This document shows positions 39,279 to 51,945 of a stretch of 64,000 bases of DNA, piece by piece; positions within the stretch are counted from its first letter, which is position 1; every line of letters starts with the position of its first letter. This DNA is from Squalus acanthias (Eukaryota). The position numbers and the translations under genes are program-made. Under the pieces are notes generated by a model that saw only the letters and a list, made by a program, of their open reading frames with translations, was not told the DNA's origin and searched no databases. The stretch lies in assembly GCA_030390025.1 (NCBI GenBank), contig JASTWF010000121.1:992001-1056000 (forward strand), given 5' to 3'.

Positions 39279-39451
39279 CCCGGCACTGGATCCGGGCTAC
39301 CCGGGGAGAGAGAAAGAGAGAAGACCCGACACTGGATCCGGCTAACCAGAGAGAGAGAGAGAGAGAGAGAGAGAAGACCCGGCACTGGATCCGGGCTACC
39401 CGGGGAGACAGAGAGAGAGAGAGAAGACCCGGCACTGGATCCGGCTACCCG

Positions 39452-39482
<31 letters not shown>

Positions 39483-39504
39483 CCCGGCACTGGATCCGGC
39501 TACC

Positions 39505-39541
<37 letters not shown>

Positions 39542-39670
39542 CCCGGCACTGGATCCGAGCTACCCAGGGAGGGAGAGCGAGAGAGAGAGAGAAGACCTGG
39601 CACTGGATCCGGATTACCCGGGGAGAGAGATAGAGAGAGAAGACCCGGCACTGGATCCGAGCTAGCCGGG

Positions 39671-39705
<35 letters not shown>

Positions 39706-39943
39706 CCCGGCACTGATCCGGGCTACCCGGGGAGAGAGAGAGAGAGAGAGAGAGAGAAGACCCGGCACTGGATCCGGGCTAGCCGGGGGAAGAGAGAGAG
39801 AGAGTAGAGAGAGAGAGAAGACCCGGCACTGATCCGGGCTACCCGGGGAGAGAGAGAGAGAGAGAGAGAGAGAAGACCCGGCACTGGATCCGGCTACCCG
39901 GGCAGAGAGAAAGAGAGAAGACCTGGCACTGGATCCGGCTACC

Positions 39944-39980
<37 letters not shown>

Positions 39981-40105
39981 CCCGGCACTGGATCCGGGCT
40001 ACCCGGGGAGAGAGAGAGAGAGAGAGAAGAACCGGCACTGGATCCGGCTACCCGGAGAGAGAGAGAGAGAGAGAGAGAAGACCCGGCACTGGATCCGGCT
40101 ATCCG

Positions 40106-40136
<31 letters not shown>

Positions 40137-40218
40137 CCCGGCACTGGATCCGGGCTAGCCAGGGGAAGAGAGAGAGAGAGAGAGAGAGAAGACCCGGCAC
40201 TGATCCGGGATACCCGGG

Positions 40219-40249
<31 letters not shown>

Positions 40250-40384
40250 CCCGGCACTGGATCCGGGCTACCCGGGGAGAGAGAGAGAGAGAGAGAGAGA
40301 GAAGACCGGGCACTGGATCCGGGCTACCCGGGGAGAGAGAGAGAGAGAGAGAGAAGACCGGGCACTGGATCCGGGCTACCCGGG

Positions 40385-40415
<31 letters not shown>

Positions 40416-40907
40416 CCCGGCACTGGATCCGGGCTACGCGGGGAGAGAGAAAGAGAGAAGACCCGGCACTGGATCCGGCTACCCGGAGAGAGAGAGAGAG
40501 AGAGAGAGAGAAGACCCAGCACTGGATCCGGGCTACCCAGGGAGAGAGAGAGAGAGAGAGAAGACCCGGCACTGGATCCGGCTACCCGGAGAGAGAGAGC
40601 GAGAGAGAGAGAGAAGACCCGGCACTGGATCCGAGCTACCCAGGGAGGGAGAGCGAGAGAGAGAGAGAAGACCTGGCACTGGATCCGGATTACCCGGGGA
40701 GAGAGATAGAGAGAGAAGACCCGGCACTGGATCCGAGCTACCCGGGGGAGAGAGAGAGAGAGAGCGAGAGAGAGAAGACCCGGCACTGGAACTGGGCTAC
40801 CCGGGGAGAGAGAGAGAGAGAGAAGACCCGGCACTGGATCCGGGCTACCCGGAGAGAGAGAGAGAGAGAGAGAGAGAAGACCCGGCACTGGATCCGGGCT
40901 ACCCGGG

Positions 40908-40938
<31 letters not shown>

Positions 40939-41630
40939 CCCGGCACTGGATCCGGGCTACGCGGGGAGAGAGAAAGAGAGAAGACCCGGCACTGGATCCG
41001 GCTACCCGGAGAGAGAGAGAGAGAGAGAGAGAGAAGACCCAGCACTGGATCCGGGCTACCCAGGGAGAGAGAGAGAGAGAGAGAAGACCCGGCACTGGAT
41101 CCGGCTACCCGGAGAGAGAGAGCGAGAGAGAGAGAGAAGACCCGGCACTGGATCCGAGCTACCCAGGGAGGGAGAGCGAGAGAGAGAGAGAAGACCTGGC
41201 ACTGGATCCGGATTACCCGGGGAGAGAGATAGAGAGAGAAGACCCGGCACTGGATCCGAGCTACCCGGGGGAGAGAGAGAGAGAGAGCGAGAGAGAGAAG
41301 ACCCGGCACTGGAACTGGGCTACCCGGGGAGAGAGAGAGAGAGAGAAGACCCGGCACTGGATCCGGGCTACCCGGAGAGAGAGAGAGAGAGAGAGAGAGA
41401 AGACCCGGCACTGGATCCGGGCTACCCGGGGAGAGAGAGAGAGAGAGAAAGAAGACCTGGCACTTGAACTGGGCTACCCGGGGAGAGAGAGAGAGAGAGA
41501 AGACCCGGCACTGGATCCTGGTTACCCGGGGTGGGGGGGTGGGGGGGGTGAAGAGAGAGAGAGAGAAGACACGGCACTGGATCCGTGCTACCCGGGGGGA
41601 GAGAGAGAGAAGACCCGGCACTGGATCCGT
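38992..41630. repeat. Compound minisatellite: (GA)n + GAAGACCCGGCACTGGATCCGGGCTACCCGGGG
   Basis: Constant ~33-bp core separated by variable (GA)n; a 523-bp higher-order period is visible around 40400-41420. Confidence 0.95.
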
Positions 41631-41689
41631 GCTGGCCAGGCGGGAGAAGAGAGGATGGGATGGAGCGAGAGAAAGAGGGAATCGTGGGG

Positions 41690-42660
41690 GGAGAGAAGGG
41701 CAGGAACTGGGGGAGAGAGAAGGTCATAAACTGGAGGAGAATGAAGGTCAGAAACTGGGGGAGAGAGAAGGTCAGAAACTGGGGTGAGAGAAGATCAGAA
41801 ACTGGGGTTGAGAGAAGGTCAGGAACTGGGAGAGAGAAAGTCAGAAACTGGGGGGAGAGAGAAGGTCAGAAACTGGGAGAGAGAGAAGCTCAGAAACTGG
41901 GGGGAGAAGGTCGGGAACTGGGGGAGAGAGAATGTCAGAAACTGGGGGAGAGAAGGTCAGGAACTGGGAGAGAGAGAAGGTCAGAAACTGGGAGAGAGAG
42001 AAGCTCAGAAACTGGGGGGAGAAGGTTGGGAACTGGGGGAGAGAGAATGTCAGAAACTGGGGGAGAGAAGGTCAGAAACTGGGAGAGAGAGAAGGTCAGA
42101 AACTGCGGGGGGGGGAGAGAAGGTCAGGAACTGGGGGAGAAGGTCGGGAACTGGGGGAGAAAGAAGGTCAGACACTGGGGGGAGAAGGTCGGGAACTGGA
42201 GGAGAGAGAGCATCAGAAACTAGGGGGTGAGAGAAGGTCAGGAACTGGGGGAGAGTGAAGGGCTAGAACTGGGGGGAGAGAGAAGGTCAGGAACTGGGAG
42301 AGAGAGAAGGTCAGGAACTGGAAGAGAGAGAAGGTGAGAAACTGTGGAGAGAGAGAAGGTCAGAAACTGGGGGAAAGAGAAAGTCAGAAACTGAGAGAGA
42401 GAAGGTCAGGAACTGGGAGAGAGAGAGGGTCAGGAACTGGAAGAGAGAGAAGGTGAGAAACTGTGGAGAGAGAGAAGGTCAGAAACTGGGGGAAAGAGAA
42501 AGTCAGAAACTGAGAGAGAGAAGGTCAGGAACTGGGAGAGAGAGAGGGTCAGGAACTGGGGAGAAAGAGAAGGTTATAAACTGTGGAGAGAGAAGTCAGA
42601 AATTGGGGGTGGAGAAGGTCAGAAACACGACGGGGAGAGCAGTTCAGAAACTGGGGGGTT
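41690..42660. repeat. G-rich AGGTCAG(G/A)AACTGGG tandem repeat
   Basis: 22-24-bp units, purine-rich + strand. Confidence 0.9.
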
Positions 42661-42974
42661 GTAAAGAGCCCAGAGCACAGTGGAGATGGGGGAAGAACGT
42701 GAACCAGGTCTAAAGCAGGGGGGAATGAGAGCGAGAATGTGATCCAGATGGTAAGACTGGTCACGTTCTTCCAACCCCACCCTCCTTACACCCGCAGCAC
42801 CTTCTCCCTCTCCTCCCTCTAGACCTGGTTGATTTCTCGGAAAGTTCGGGGCGCGTGTTGCAAGTGACATCATTGGACTGGACGAAATCCGGATGTCATG
42901 ACACTGTCACTATTCACTTCATGCCCAATAAACCTTTAACAATCCGTGACCTCTCACAATTCCCCATCCATGGT

Positions 42975-44535
42975 GGGGAAGGTCAGGAACTTGTTGGGGG
43001 GAGAAGGTCATGAAACCAGGGGAGAGGAATTTGGTCAGGAACCCGGGGGTAGGTCAGGAACTCGGGCCGAGTGGGAGGGAAAGTAAGGCACTTGGGTGTG
43101 GGGAGAATGTCAGAAACTTGGGGCCGTAGGTCAGGAACTTGGGCGGGGGTGGGGGGAGAAGGTCAGGAACTTGTGCGGGGGTGGGGGGGAGAAGGTCAGG
43201 AACTTGTGCGGGGGTCAAGGGCAGTAGGTCAGGAACTTGTGCGGGGGTGGGGGAGTAGGTCAGGAACTTGTGCGGGGGTGGGGGGGAGAAGGTCAGGAAC
43301 TTGTGCGGGGGTCAAGGGCAGTAGGTCAGGAACTTGTGCGGGGGTCAGGGGGAGTAGGTCAGGAACTTGTGCGGGGGTCAAGGGCAGTAGGTCAGGAACT
43401 TGTGCGGGGGTGGGGGGGAGAAGGTCAGGAACTTGTGCGGGGGTGGGGGGGAGAAGGTCAGGAACTAGTGCGGGGGTCAGGGGGAGTAGGTCAGGAACTT
43501 GTGCGGGGGTGGGGGGGAGAAGGTCAGGAACTTGTGCGGGGGTAGGGGGGAGTAGGTCAGGAACTTGTGCGGGGGTGGGGGGGAGAAGGTCAGGAACTTG
43601 TGCGGGGGTCAAGGGCAGTAGGTCAGGAACTTGTGCGGGGGTGGGGGAGTAGGTCAGGAACTTGTGCGGGGGTCAGGGGCAGTAGGTCAGGAACTTGTGC
43701 GGGGGTGGGGGGGAGAAGGTCAGGAACTTGTGCGGGGGTAGGGGGGAGTAGGTCAAGTACTTGTGCGGGGGTGGGGGGGAGAAGGTCAGGAACTTGTGCG
43801 GGGGTTGGGGGGAGAAGGTCAGGAACTTGTGCGGGGGTTGGGGGAGAAGGTCAGGAACTTGTGCGGGGGTCAGAGGCAGTAGGTCAGGAACTTGTGCGGG
43901 GGTCAGGGGCAGTAGGTCAGGAACTTGTGCGGGGGTGGGGGGGAGAAGGTCAGGAACTTGTGTGGGGGTCAGGGGGAGAAGGTCAGGAACTTGTGCGGGG
44001 GTCAGGGGGAGTTGGTCAGGAACTTGTGTGCGGGGGTGGGGGGGAGAAGGTCAGGAACTTGTGCAGGGGTGGGGGGGAGTAGATCAGTAACTTGGGTGGG
44101 GGAGCAGGGGGAGAAGGTCAGGAACTTGTTCGGGGGGCGGAGGGAGTAGGTCAGGAACTTGGGTATGGGTGGGGGGGAGTAGGTCAGGAACTTGGGTGGG
44201 GGTGAGGTGGGGGGAGTAGGTCAAGAACTTGTGTGGGGGTGGGGGGGGAGTAGGTCAGGTACTTGGGTGGGGGTCAGGGGGAGTAGGTCAGGAACTTGTG
44301 CAGGGGTGGGGGGGAGAAGGTCAGGAACTTGGGTGGGGGTCAGGGGGTGTAGGTCAGGAACTTGTGCAGGGGTGGGGGGGAGAAGGTCAGGAACTTGGGT
44401 GGGGGTCAGGGGGTGTAGGTCAGGAACTTGGGTGGGGGTCAGGGGGAGTAGGTCAGGAACTTGTGCGGGGGTGGGGGGGAGTAGGTCAGTAACTTGGGTG
44501 GGGGAGCAGGAACTTGTTAGAGGGCGGGAGAAGGT
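42975..44535. repeat. G-rich ~31-33-bp AGGTCAGGAACTTGTGCGGGGG tandem repeat
   Basis: Directly visible tandem units. Confidence 0.92.
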
Positions 44536-45359
44536 CTTAACCCACGAGGGTGAACCCTGTCTGTTCCAAGTGAGCTCTGTTCTGTCTGGAGTCCGCAGTC
44601 AGAATGGCTCGAATTACATTTTGCAAAGTAACTGATTACGTAGGAAGGGAGGATCTAATTACACATTCCAGAGAAACTGTTGGGTGTGTCTTGTCCTCCA
44701 AGGGGACCAATCAGCAATCAGGACTTGTCATGGAAGGGGACCAATCAGAGCTTTAGGTGTTGCGAATAAACACATCCATTGTTTACTGCCCCAAACTCTC
44801 CCATTAAACAACGGTTGTGTGAAAACTGTGCCTTCACTTCAAGTACAGCAAACCCTGGCATTGACTCTCTCAGAATATTCACCATTCACATCCATAGTGA
44901 CAACTTGCATTTATATAGCACCTTTAACATAGTAACAGTCCCAAGGCGCTTCACAAAAGCATTAGCAAAAGAAATTTGACACCGAGCCACACAAGGAGAT
45001 ATTGGGGAGATGGCCAAAAGCTTGGTCAAAGAGGTAGGTTTTAAGGAGCGTCTTAAAGGAGGAGAGAGGTAGAGCAGTTGAGAGGTTTAGGGAGGGAATT
45101 CCAGAGCTTAGGGCTTAGGCAGCTGAAGGCACGGCCGCCAATGGTGGAGCGAAGGAAATCAGGGATGTGCAAGAGGCCAGAATTGGAGGAATGCAGATAT
45201 CTCGGCGGGTTGTAGGGCTGGAGGAGCTTACAGACATAAGGAGGGGCGATGGATTTGAAAACAAGGATGAGAATTTTAAAATTGAGGCATTGCTAGAATG
45301 GAAGCCAATTTAGGTCAGAGAGCATGGGGTGTCGGATGAACGGGACTTGGTGCGAGTTC

Positions 45360-46832
45360 GAATCCTCCAATCCTCCTTAGATACAGGGATGGTGCCAGAG
45401 GACTGGAGAACTGCAAATGTTACACCCTTGTTCACACAAGGGTGTAAGGATAAACCCAGCAGCTACTGGCCAGTCAGTTTAACCTCGGTAGTGTTGAAGC
45501 TTTTAGAAATTATAATTCGGGACAAAATTAACAGTCACTTGGACAAGTGTGGATTAATTAAGGAAAGCCCGCACAGATGTGTTAAAGGTAAATTGTATTT
45601 AACTAACTTGATTGAGTTTTTTGATGAGGTAACAGAGAGGGTTGATCAGGGCAATGCAGTTGATGTGGTGTACATAGACTTCCAAAAGGCGTTTGATAAA
45701 GTGCCACATAATAGGCTTGCCAGCAAAGTTGAAGACCATGAATAAAAGGGGCAATGGCAGCCTGGATACAAAATTGGCCAAGTGACAGGAAACAGAGAGT
45801 AGTCGCGAACGGTTGTTTATCAGACTGGAGGAAGGTATCCAGTGATGTTCCCCAGGGGTCAGTACAAGGACCACTGCTTTTCTTGATATATATTATTGAC
45901 TTGGACTTGGGTATACAGGGCACAATTTCAAAATTTGCAGATGACAACAAAACTTGGAAGTATAGTGAACAGTGAGTAGGATAGTGATAGACAGGCTGGT
46001 GGAATGGGCGGACACATGGCAGATGAAATTTAACGCCGAAAAGTGCAAAGTGATACATTTTGGTAGGAAGAACGAGGAGAGGCAATATAAACTAAATGGT
46101 GCAATTCTAAAGGGGGTGCATGAACAGAGAGACCTGGGAGTATATGTGCACAAATCGTTGAAGGTGGCAGGGCAGGTTGAGAAAGTGGTTAAAAAAGCTA
46201 CGGGATACTGGGCTTCATAAATAGAGGCATAGAGTACAAAAGCAAATAAAGTTATGATGAACCTTTATAAAACACTGGTTCGGCCTCAACTGGAGTATTG
46301 TGTCCAGTTCTGGGCGCTGGACTTTAGGAAGGATGTGAAGGCCTTAGAGAGGGTGCAGAAAAGATTTACAAGAATGATTCCAGGGATGAGGGACTTCAGC
46401 TACGTGGATAGACTGGAGAAGCTGGGGTTGTTCTCCTTGGAGCAGAGAAGGTTGAGAGGAGATTTGATAGAGGTGTTCAAAATCATGAGGAGTCAAGACA
46501 GAGTAGATAGAGAGAAACTGTTCCCATTGGTGGAAGGGTCGAGAACCAGAGGACACAGATTTAAGGTGATTGGCAGAAGATCCAAAGGCAACATAAGGAA
46601 GACCTTTTTTATGCAGTGAGTGGTTAGGATCTGTAATACACTGCCTGAAAGGGTGGTGGAGTCAAACTCAATCACTACTTTCAATAGGGAATTGGATCAG
46701 TACCTGTAGGAAACAAATTGGCATGGCTATGGGGAAAGAGCGGGGGAGTTGGACTAGCTGAGGTGCTCTTGCAGAGAGCCGGCATTGGCTTGATGGGCCG
46801 AATGGCCTCCTTCTGTGCTGTAACCATTCTAT
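45360..46832 (+). mobile_element. 5'-truncated CR1
   Basis: DWRTANVTPLF..FQKAFDKVPH..KFADD..RPQLEYCVQFW..tail. Confidence 0.9.
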
Positions 46833-48110
46833 GGGGAAAAATTCATCCCCTGAGCGCGACCTGTTAGCGCCAGTAGATGGTGCTTATGTGGCATTGAAAC
46901 CAGTACCGACAGGGCGATGTGAATCCAGCACCGCCCACCAAATCGGGACCCCCCCCATAGTGCTGCCGGTAACAGCTATCGCCGGGGACCTCACCACCAG
47001 GGAGATCATGACGTCAGTGAGTGTGTAATGCTCACTGAACGCCAGATTTCCCAAATTGCTTTTACCCACTTACCTCACCGCCTGGAGTAAACACCGACAG
47101 GGAGAGCTGGCGTGCTGCACCAGGAAGCTGGCTGCAGGGATGTTATTTAAAGTGATCATCAGTAATCACTTACACCTGTCAGGTTAGTGCAGTTTCAGTG
47201 GCTTTTTGTTAGTTTCAGCTACTGCAACAGTTTCATTGAGTAATTTCGAGGTTCTTTTGCAGCAGGAGTCTTGTAGCAAGTATAAAGTAGCTACATTTAT
47301 TCTTCGAAGATTCAAACTGCAACACTTGGTAAGATTAATAGGGGCTATACTGGCATGCCACCTCGCCCTCCAGGATCTATGGCGGAGGGAGCATAGGCAG
47401 CAAGAAAGACAGGAACATGTGCGCAGAGGGAAGAGGGCGAGGAGGATGAGGGTGAGGGGTAGAGGACGAGGAGGAAGAGGACAAGGAAGGAGAGGATGAG
47501 GAGGAAGAGGATGAGGATGAAGAGGGCAAGGAGGAAGAGGGTGAGGAGGAAGAGGGTAAGGAGGAAGAGGACGAGGGGTAGAGGACGAGGAGGAAGAGGA
47601 CGAGGAGGAATAGGACGAGGAGGAAGAGGATGAGGATGAAGAAGATGAGGAACAGGATGGAAGGAGGTGGTAGCCAAACAATCTGGTTTCTGGATGGGTG
47701 GTCCGTGATGTGGTATGCAACCTCCCTCCACATAGTACGGCAGACTTGTGGCGAGGGCCTCTTGCCAGTTGGTGGGTACAGGACTGCCTGCCTTCTATCC
47801 AGTGCTAAAAACCAATGCCTCCAAAGCTTCATGGGCAAACCTGCGGGCTCTCTCCGTGGGGCGGCGATCTGCCATGAGGATTTGTAAATAAGTGCTCCTT
47901 CGCCTTGTTTTTCTTCTTATGGTTGTTGAGGCAGCTACACACACAACAATGCAGAGAATGAGGTGCTGCAGCATCAATGAACCTCCCCTTTAAGTAGTGA
48001 AAATAGCCTGTGGCAATCATGAGTTGCGATTAGACTGCCTCCGATATTGGTCCAGCCTTTAAGTGTAACGCCAATGAGCTTGGGTTTTTAGACTTGATTT
48101 AAGACTCTAA
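46833..48110 (+). mobile_element. Older degenerate Harbinger element (host of the nested copy); probably resumes 52299-~52420
   Basis: Starts GGGGAAAAATTC; minus-strand Myb remnant (ERARRFAHEALEALV / DRRQAVLYPPTGKRP..WREVA) and + strand acidic GAG-rich tract; right end not clearly resolved. Confidence 0.65.
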
Positions 48111-48623
48111 GGGGGAAAAATTCAGTTGGTTGCGCCTCCCGTTAGCGCCTTAAGAGTGTGCTAATGGAGCGCAAAGCAACTGGTGCCCGGGCGCAACGAT
48201 GTTTGCGCCACTCGCGAAATTAACTAGACATTTTGCGGTGTTGCTAAACTTTACCGCCGCGATCTCCTGCGCAAGCAGATCTTGACGTCATACGAAGGTG
48301 CAACGCCCTTGTGGCGCCCCGGAGCAGAAATTGAGTGGCGCCCCCATCCTTTCCGCCTGGTGCAACCAACGACTGGAAGACTGGAACGCTCCCCAGTCGC
48401 TGTGGGGCTGGGGGGGCGTTATTTAAAGGGGGCCTCTTCCTGTCTTTCTCTGTGGTTGACATTTTTGCACCACTCGTTCTGAGAGAGAGAGAGAGAGATT
48501 TGGAGAGAGAGAAAGAGAGACTTCTGCATTGAGTCAACGCTGTGTGAGGTAGTTTTGGCTACTGATCATAACTTTGCAGGTACTTTGGTTTTTGACCTTC
48601 ATAACTTTGATTGCCAAGAGTCT

Positions 48624-49772
48624 ATGGGGGCTGCACTGATTGGGTGCGTCGTCCTGCGCCACCAGAATCAGAGGACACAGAGACACAGAGAGAGAGTGGC
48701 AATCATGGCCAGACGGAGGAGGGCCAACAGGCCTCTGTACAGGACACCTTACCCTCCCAGGGTATATCGCCAACAATTCACATATATTAATATGACTGAG
48801 GAGCAGTGTTTGCGAAGGCTGCGCTTCAGCAAGGAGGTGGTCACTGAGCTCTGCCACCTGCTGCAGCCAGATCTGCAGCCTCAACTGAGGTCCAGGACGT
48901 CTCTGTCGGTGGCAGTGAAGATCACAGTGGCTCTGAACTTTTATGCCACTGGCTCATTTCAATCAGCTACTGGGGACATCGCCAATATCTCCCAGTTCGC
49001 GGTGCATTGCTGCATCCGTCAGGTCACAAATGCCCACTTTAAAAGGAAACGAGAGTACATCTCTTTCCCCATGACCCTGGACAAGCAGCAAGAATGCGCA
49101 ATGGGCTTTGCTAGGATAGCGGGCTTCCCCATGGTGCAGGGTGCCATTGACTGCACGCATGTGGCTTTGCGTGCTCCGCATGAGAATGCCAAGGATTTCC
49201 GCAACAGAAAGGGGTTCCATTCCTTAAACGTTCAGTTGGTCTGTGACCACAGACAGCTGATACTCGCTGTCAATGCCCACTATCCTGGCAGCTGCCATGA
49301 TGCATTCATCCTGCGCCAGACTACTGTGGCAGAACTTTTCCAGGCACCACATCAGCCAGTTGGTTGGCTTCTCAGGGACAAGGGATATCCACTGAGCACC
49401 TGGCTGATGACACCGCTCCGTACGCCCAACACCCCTGCTGAGCTGCGGTACAACGAGAGCCATCTCGCTACCAGGAACATCGTTGAGCACACAATCGGCG
49501 TGCTCAAGCAACAGTTCCGCTGTCTGGACCATTCTGGAGGAGCACTGCAGTACTCGCCTGAGCGAGTCTCCCACTTCGTAGTTGTGTGCTGCATGCTGTA
49601 TAACCTGCCAATCCTCAGGACCCAGCCAATGCCACCAGGCCTTGGAGCACCACCAGAGGAGGAGGAGGAAGAGGAGAAGGATGATCATCAGCAGCACCAA
49701 GGCGGGAGGGAGGCCCACAATGTAGAAACTGGAAGGGCCGTCTGTCAACGGCTGATAGCAAGCCGCTTCTAG
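48624..49772 (+). CDS. Harbinger (HARBI1-like) DDE transposase
   Basis: Open frame with GAIDCTH, RNRKGFHSLNVQLVCD, PGSCHDAFIL, DKGYP, RNIVE..IGVLK motifs; first ATG at 48624. Confidence 0.92.
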   Translation: MGAALIGCVVLRHQNQRTQRHRERVAIMARRRRANRPLYRTPYPPRVYRQQFTYINMTEEQCLRRLRFSKEVVTELCHLLQPDLQPQLRSRTSLSVAVKITVALNFYATGSFQSATGDIANISQFAVHCCIRQVTNAHFKRKREYISFPMTLDKQQECAMGFARIAGFPMVQGAIDCTHVALRAPHENAKDFRNRKGFHSLNVQLVCDHRQLILAVNAHYPGSCHDAFILRQTTVAELFQAPHQPVGWLLRDKGYPLSTWLMTPLRTPNTPAELRYNESHLATRNIVEHTIGVLKQQFRCLDHSGGALQYSPERVSHFVVVCCMLYNLPILRTQPMPPGLGAPPEEEEEEEKDDHQQHQGGREAHNVETGRAVCQRLIASRF

Positions 49773-50071
49773 GCCCCTGCTGAGGAAATGGCTTCTGCCA
49801 TTGAGAACAACATGAATGAAACCAACCCGCAACCCCTAAGCCGGCCAAGGCAGCAATGATTCCAAAGACCAAATATGTACATTTTGAATACAAAACCGTA
49901 TTTATTTTACAAACTCTGTGTGTGTCATTTCCTCATGACAAACTAATAGAAAGAAACACAAAAACACAGTCATTAACATAACTGGTTCTCATAACCTGGA
50001 GATAATGTTCAAAAGTTTGACCACGAACCTCGGCCTTTAATAAAAAAATGACCAACATTTTGTCACACCTC

Positions 50072-51945
50072 CTACTTTTTGCTCTTCGAGGGTGATCTCC
50101 TTCCCTTGCGCACTTCCCCCCTTCCCACCCTACTGCTCCTCCGTAATGGGACCTCAGTGGCTGCAGCAAGGCTGCTGGAAGGCTGCTGATTGTCAGAACC
50201 TGAGACTGCAGATGCCCTTGAAGGACGGCCTCGACCAGCTCTGGGCCTGGAGGGCCCGGCTGCAGACTGCACCAACTCTGCATGGGCGGCAGCAGTCTGG
50301 GCTACAGGCGGTGGCAAGTGCAGTGGAGAAGTGACAGTGGTGGCAGCAGGAATGCTGTCATCTTGAGAGAGGACAGCAACTCCCTGCTCGACCGACACAC
50401 TGGCACTCCCACGGGGCAGCACTTCAGCATCCGGAGCAATCTGCTGGAGCACAGATTGCTGGCCTGCTGCGGCGCGGTGAAAGCCCCAGGGACATGTGAA
50501 CGAACCATCGAGGATGGCAGCAGTCAGTGCTCGCGTGGCCTCAATCTGAGTCTGCAGGAGAGCAGTCAGAGATGGGTTCATGGCAGCCAGTGACTGAATA
50601 GCAGCGCTAAACATTTGCGTGGCATCCGCCTGTGCTCCAGCAAAGCGCTCCACAGTCCTTGCCAGTGATTCAATGCATTCGGGCACCCTTCCCACTGCAC
50701 CCATGAGCTCAGTGTGCATGTCCACCGCCTGGGTGTTCATTTCAGCGATGAGCTGCTCCTCCTCTGTGTCCAGTGCAGCAGGACTCGCTGGCATACTCTC
50801 CCTCCGGGGAGAAGGCCCCCGTTCTTCCCTACCCCCATGGCGTTGCTGCAGCCCGCTGGGTCCTGGAGCTTCACCCTTATCAGACCCTTCCCCCCTACTC
50901 CCCTCCAGGGAAGGCGTGTTCCCAGTGTGGGCATGGGCTTCCTCGGGAGAGGGTGGCACTGATGCTCCGCCTTCATCTTCCTCCTCGCCTGCAGCTTCAC
51001 TCCCACTGGCAGCTTGAGGGCTCGTCTCCTCAGCTGGTGAATCACCATCTGAAAGCAGGGAGGTACAAGAGTGGTTTTAGCATGAGGACAGGGGGGCAGT
51101 AAGGGAGGAATGAGTGCAGCGATTTAGTAAGTTGGATTGAAAGTGTCAAAGGCTGGTGTTGTGAGGGACAAGTGGAAGGACAGAGGACAAAAAGGTGATG
51201 ACCTTACCATTGCTGTACAGAACGGGGTCGACGTCTCCAGTGGCGACGGGACCGATCACCCGGCTTGCCACAATCCTGTGGACGCGCGCCTCAAGATCGC
51301 TGAGGGGTTGCAGCTGAGGCCGCCCTCCACCCGTCCGTTGCTGCTGTCTCCTATTATGAGATAGCTTGGCCTGCAAGAAAAAGGACGGCGTCTGAGTAAA
51401 TATACAGCCATGGTCTTGCCTGATGTGCCTCCCATAGGTGAATAGCCCTTACTTTATGCAGCCATGGTCTTGCCTGATGTGCCTCCCATAGGTGAATAGC
51501 CCTTACTGTATGCAGCCATGGTCTTGGCTGATGTGCCTCCCATAGGTGAATAGCCCTTACTGTATGCAAAGTGTGGAATGTGCGTGTGTGTTTCATGAGA
51601 GGGCCATAGGTGTTGGATGAGTGTTGGGCATTGGGGTTTTAAGACCCTCTGGCCATAGAGTGAGGTTGAGATGGAGGGATGGAGAGGTATTGAAAAAAAG
51701 CCACTCATCCTGACGATCCGACTGATGTCGTTGAACTTTTTTCGACATTGTATATGGGTCCTGGGCACCATGCTCCTGAAGGAGACGCTCTGAGCCACCT
51801 CCCTCCACACTCTTCTGTACTCGCGCGGCAAAGGCCTCCTGCCACTCTCAGGGAAGAGTATAGATTTTCTGCGCTCCACCGTGCCAACCAGAGCATCCAA
51901 GGCCCGCTCGCTGAAGCACTGAGCTCGTTCTCTCACCCTCTCCAT
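50072..51945 (-). CDS. Harbinger Myb/SANT-like DNA-binding partner gene, 3 exons (51945-51709, 51370-51208, 51048-50072)
   Basis: MERVRERAQCFSERALDALV...W.EVA..V......R...QCRKKFND (trihelix) | AKLSHNRR..TGGG | acidic/low-complexity tail. Exon phases are consistent; the intron 1 donor reads ATGAGT. Confidence 0.82.
51403..51567. repeat. 58-bp tandem repeat (~3 copies) in intron 1 of the Harbinger Myb gene
   Basis: CAGCCATGGTCTTGCCTGATGTGCCTCCCATAGGTGAATAGCCCTTACT.. repeated. Confidence 0.9.

Noticed and set aside
42822-42840. Micro-exon after a polypyrimidine-AG (paralogue at ~55038 followed by GTAAGC)
   Set aside because: The donor is present in only one copy and no coherent coding frame results.
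39187-44635. Long ORFs (LSLSLS, GQELG, RSGT repeats), also 53774-55037
   Set aside because: Translations of stop-free satellites.
48555-49772. Domesticated host gene HARBI1
   Set aside because: Enclosed by TIRs and a TSD with a Myb partner, so it is a transposon copy.
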